From Eledone cirrhosa (taxonomy: Eukaryota), in the NCBI GenBank assembly GCA_964016885.1, contig OZ024742.1:203794001-203858000 (forward strand): DNA of 64,000 nucleotides. The letters are read 5' to 3'. Of this stretch, positions 61,101 through 64,000 are shown piece after piece. Position numbers and translations under genes: made by a program. Position 1 is the stretch's first letter. Every line of letters starts with the position of its first letter. The notes under the pieces were generated by a model. The model was not told the DNA's origin. It was given only the letters and a program-made list of their open reading frames with translations, and made no database searches.

Positions 61101-64000
61101 CACCCCCAGCAACACCAACAACACCACCACCCTCAGCAACACCAACAACACCACCACCCCCAGCAACACCAACAACACCACCACCCCCAGCAACACCAAC
61201 AACACCACCACCCTCAGCAACACCAACAACACCACCACCCTCAGCAACACCAACAACACCACTACCCTCAGCAACATCAACAACACCACCACCCTCAGCT
61301 ACACCAACAACACCACTACCCTCAGCAACACCAACAACACCACCACCCTCAGCAACACCAACTACACCACCACCCTCAGCAACACCAACAACACCACCAC
61401 CCTCAGCAACACCAACAACACCACCACCCCCAGCATCACCAACAACACCACCACCCTCAGCATCACCAACAACACCACCACCCTCAGCAACATCAACAAC
61501 ACCACCATCCACAGCAACACCAACAACACCACCACCCCCAGCAACACCAACAACACCACCACCCTCAGCAACACCAACAACACCACCACCCCCAGCATCA
61601 CCAACAACACCACCACCCTCAGCATCACCAACAACACCACCACCCTCAGCAACATCAACAACACCACCATCCACAGCAACACCAACAACACCACCACCCC
61701 CAGCAACACCAACAACACCACCAGCCTCAGCAACACCAACAACACCACCACCCCCAGCAACACCAATAACACCACCACCCCCAGGAACACCAACAACACC
61801 ACCATCCCCAGCAACACCAACAACACCACCACCCCCAGCAACACCAACAACACCACCATCCCCAGCAACACCAACAACACCACCGCCCCCAGCAACACCA
61901 ACAACACCACCGCCCCTAGCAACACCAACAACACCACCACCCTCAACAACTCCAACAACACCACCATCCTCAGCAACACCAACAACACCACCACCCCCAG
62001 CAACACCAACAACACCACCACCCACAGCAACACCAACAACACCACCACCCTCAGCAACACCAACAACACCACCATCCTCAGCAACATCAACAACACCACC
62101 ATCCACAGCAACACCAACAACACCACCACCCTCAGCAACACCAACAACACCACCACCCCCAGCAACACCAACAACACCACCATCCACAGCAACACCAACA
62201 ACACCACCACCCTCAGCAACACCAACAACACCACCACCCCCAGCAACACCAACAACACCACCACCCTCAGCAACACCAACAACACCACCATCCCCAGCAA
62301 CACCAACAACACCACCATCCTCAGCAACACCAACAACACCACCACCCACAGCAACATCAACAACACCACCACCCTCAGCAACACCAACAACACCACCACC
62401 CCCAGCAACACCAACAACACCACCACCCCCAGCAACACCAACAACAACACCACCCTCAGCAACACCAACAACACCACCACCCCCAGCAACACCAACAACA
62501 CCACCACCCTCAGCAACACCAACAACACCACCATCCCCAGCAACACCAACAACACCACCATCCTCAGCAACACCAACAACACCACCACCCCCAGCAACAC
62601 CAACAACACCACCATCCTCAGCAACACCAACAACACCACCACCCCCAGCAACACCAACAACACCACCACCCCCAGCAACACCAACAACAACACCACCCTC
62701 AGCAACACCAACAACACCACCACCCCCAGCAACACCAACAACACCACCACCCCCAGCAACACCAACAACACCACCATCCTCAGCAACACCAACAACACCA
62801 CCACCCCCAGCAACACCAACAACACCACCACCCCCAGCAACACCAACAACACCACCACCCCCAGCAACACCAACAACACCACCACCCTCAGCAACACCAA
62901 CAACACCACCACCCTCAGCAACACCAACAACACCACCACCCTCAGCAACACCAACACCACCACCACCCTCAGCAACACCAACAACACCACCAACCTCAGC
63001 AACATCAACAACACCACCATCCTCAGCCACACCAACAACACCACCACCCCCAGCAACACCAACAACACCACCACCCCCAGCAACACCAACAACACCACCA
63101 CCCCCAGCAACATCAACAACACCACCACCCTCAGCAACACCAATACCACCACCACCCTCAGCAACACCAACAACACCACCATCCTCAGCAACACCAACAA
63201 CACCACCATCCTCAGCAACACCAACAACACCACCATCCACAGCAACACCAACAACACCACCACCCCCAGCAACACCAACAACACCACCATCCTCAGCAAC
63301 ACCAACAACACCACCACCATCCTCAGCAACACCAACAACACCACCACCCTCAGCAACACCAACAACACCACCACCCTCAGCAACACCAACAACACCACCA
63401 CCCTCAGCAACACCAACAACACCACCAACCTCAACAACACCACCACCCCCAGCAACACCAACAACACCACCATCCTCAGCAACACCAACAACACCACCAC
63501 CCTCAGCAACACCAGCAACACCACCACCCTCAGCAACACCAACAACACCACCACCCCCAGCAACACCAACAACACCACCACCCTCAGCAACACCAACACC
63601 ACCACCACCCTCAGCAACACCAACAACACCACCAACCTCAGCAACACCAACAACACCACCACCCTCAGCAACACCAACAACACCACCACCCCCAGCAACA
63701 CCAATAACACCACCACCCTCAGCAACACCAACACCACCACCACCCTCAGCAACACCAACAACACCACCAACCTCAGCAACACCAACAACACCACCACCCT
63801 CAGCAACACCAACAACACCACCACCCCCAGCAACACCAACAACACCACCACCCTCAGCAACACCAACAACACCACCACCCTCAGCAACACCAACAACACC
63901 ACCATCCTCAGCAACACCAACAACACCACCACCCCCAGCAACACCAACAACACCACCACCCCCAGCAACACCAACAACACCACCATCCTCAGCAACACCA
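40190..64000. repeat. 27-bp satellite, consensus CAGCAACACCAACAACACCACCACCCT, >23.8 kb and running off the window
   Basis: Continuous tandem units with CCT/CCC, CAC/CAT and occasional 1- or 3-bp deletion variants. About 880 units by length/27. Confidence 0.98.

Noticed and set aside
40595-63998. Poly-VVLL and GGGVVGVAE minus-strand ORFs as membrane or elastin-like proteins
   Set aside because: Antisense translations of the same satellite with no unique domains
40190-64000. CRISPR array or telomeric repeat
   Set aside because: No unique spacers, no cas genes and a eukaryotic context; the unit is not TTAGGG-like

Overview
AT-rich, repeat-dominated animal genomic DNA. The SINE and RTE families look octopod cephalopod (inference). 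No intact host gene is evident. Positions 1-40,000 are a mosaic of (TA)n and (AAC)n microsatellites, tRNA-derived SINEs, Tc1/mariner-type MITEs and decayed LINEs (RTE, CR1/L2, an R4/Dong-like RLE element, an RNase H-bearing I-group element). They also hold one 5'-truncated Penelope-like element with an open RT + GIY-YIG ORF (Naiad-like). Positions ~40,190-64,000 are a 27-bp C/A-rich satellite with higher-order duplications, and its giant ORFs are most likely compositional artefacts. The most striking signal is not in the ORF track: about 25 hammerhead-ribozyme-like motifs from many different families, mostly in short modules flanked by (TA)n and often folded back into long palindromes. One is a 316-bp tandem/inverted array whose monomers each carry an extended type-I hammerhead with a compensatory U3-A8 core (retrozyme-like). 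All structures were read by eye; none was folded computationally or tested.
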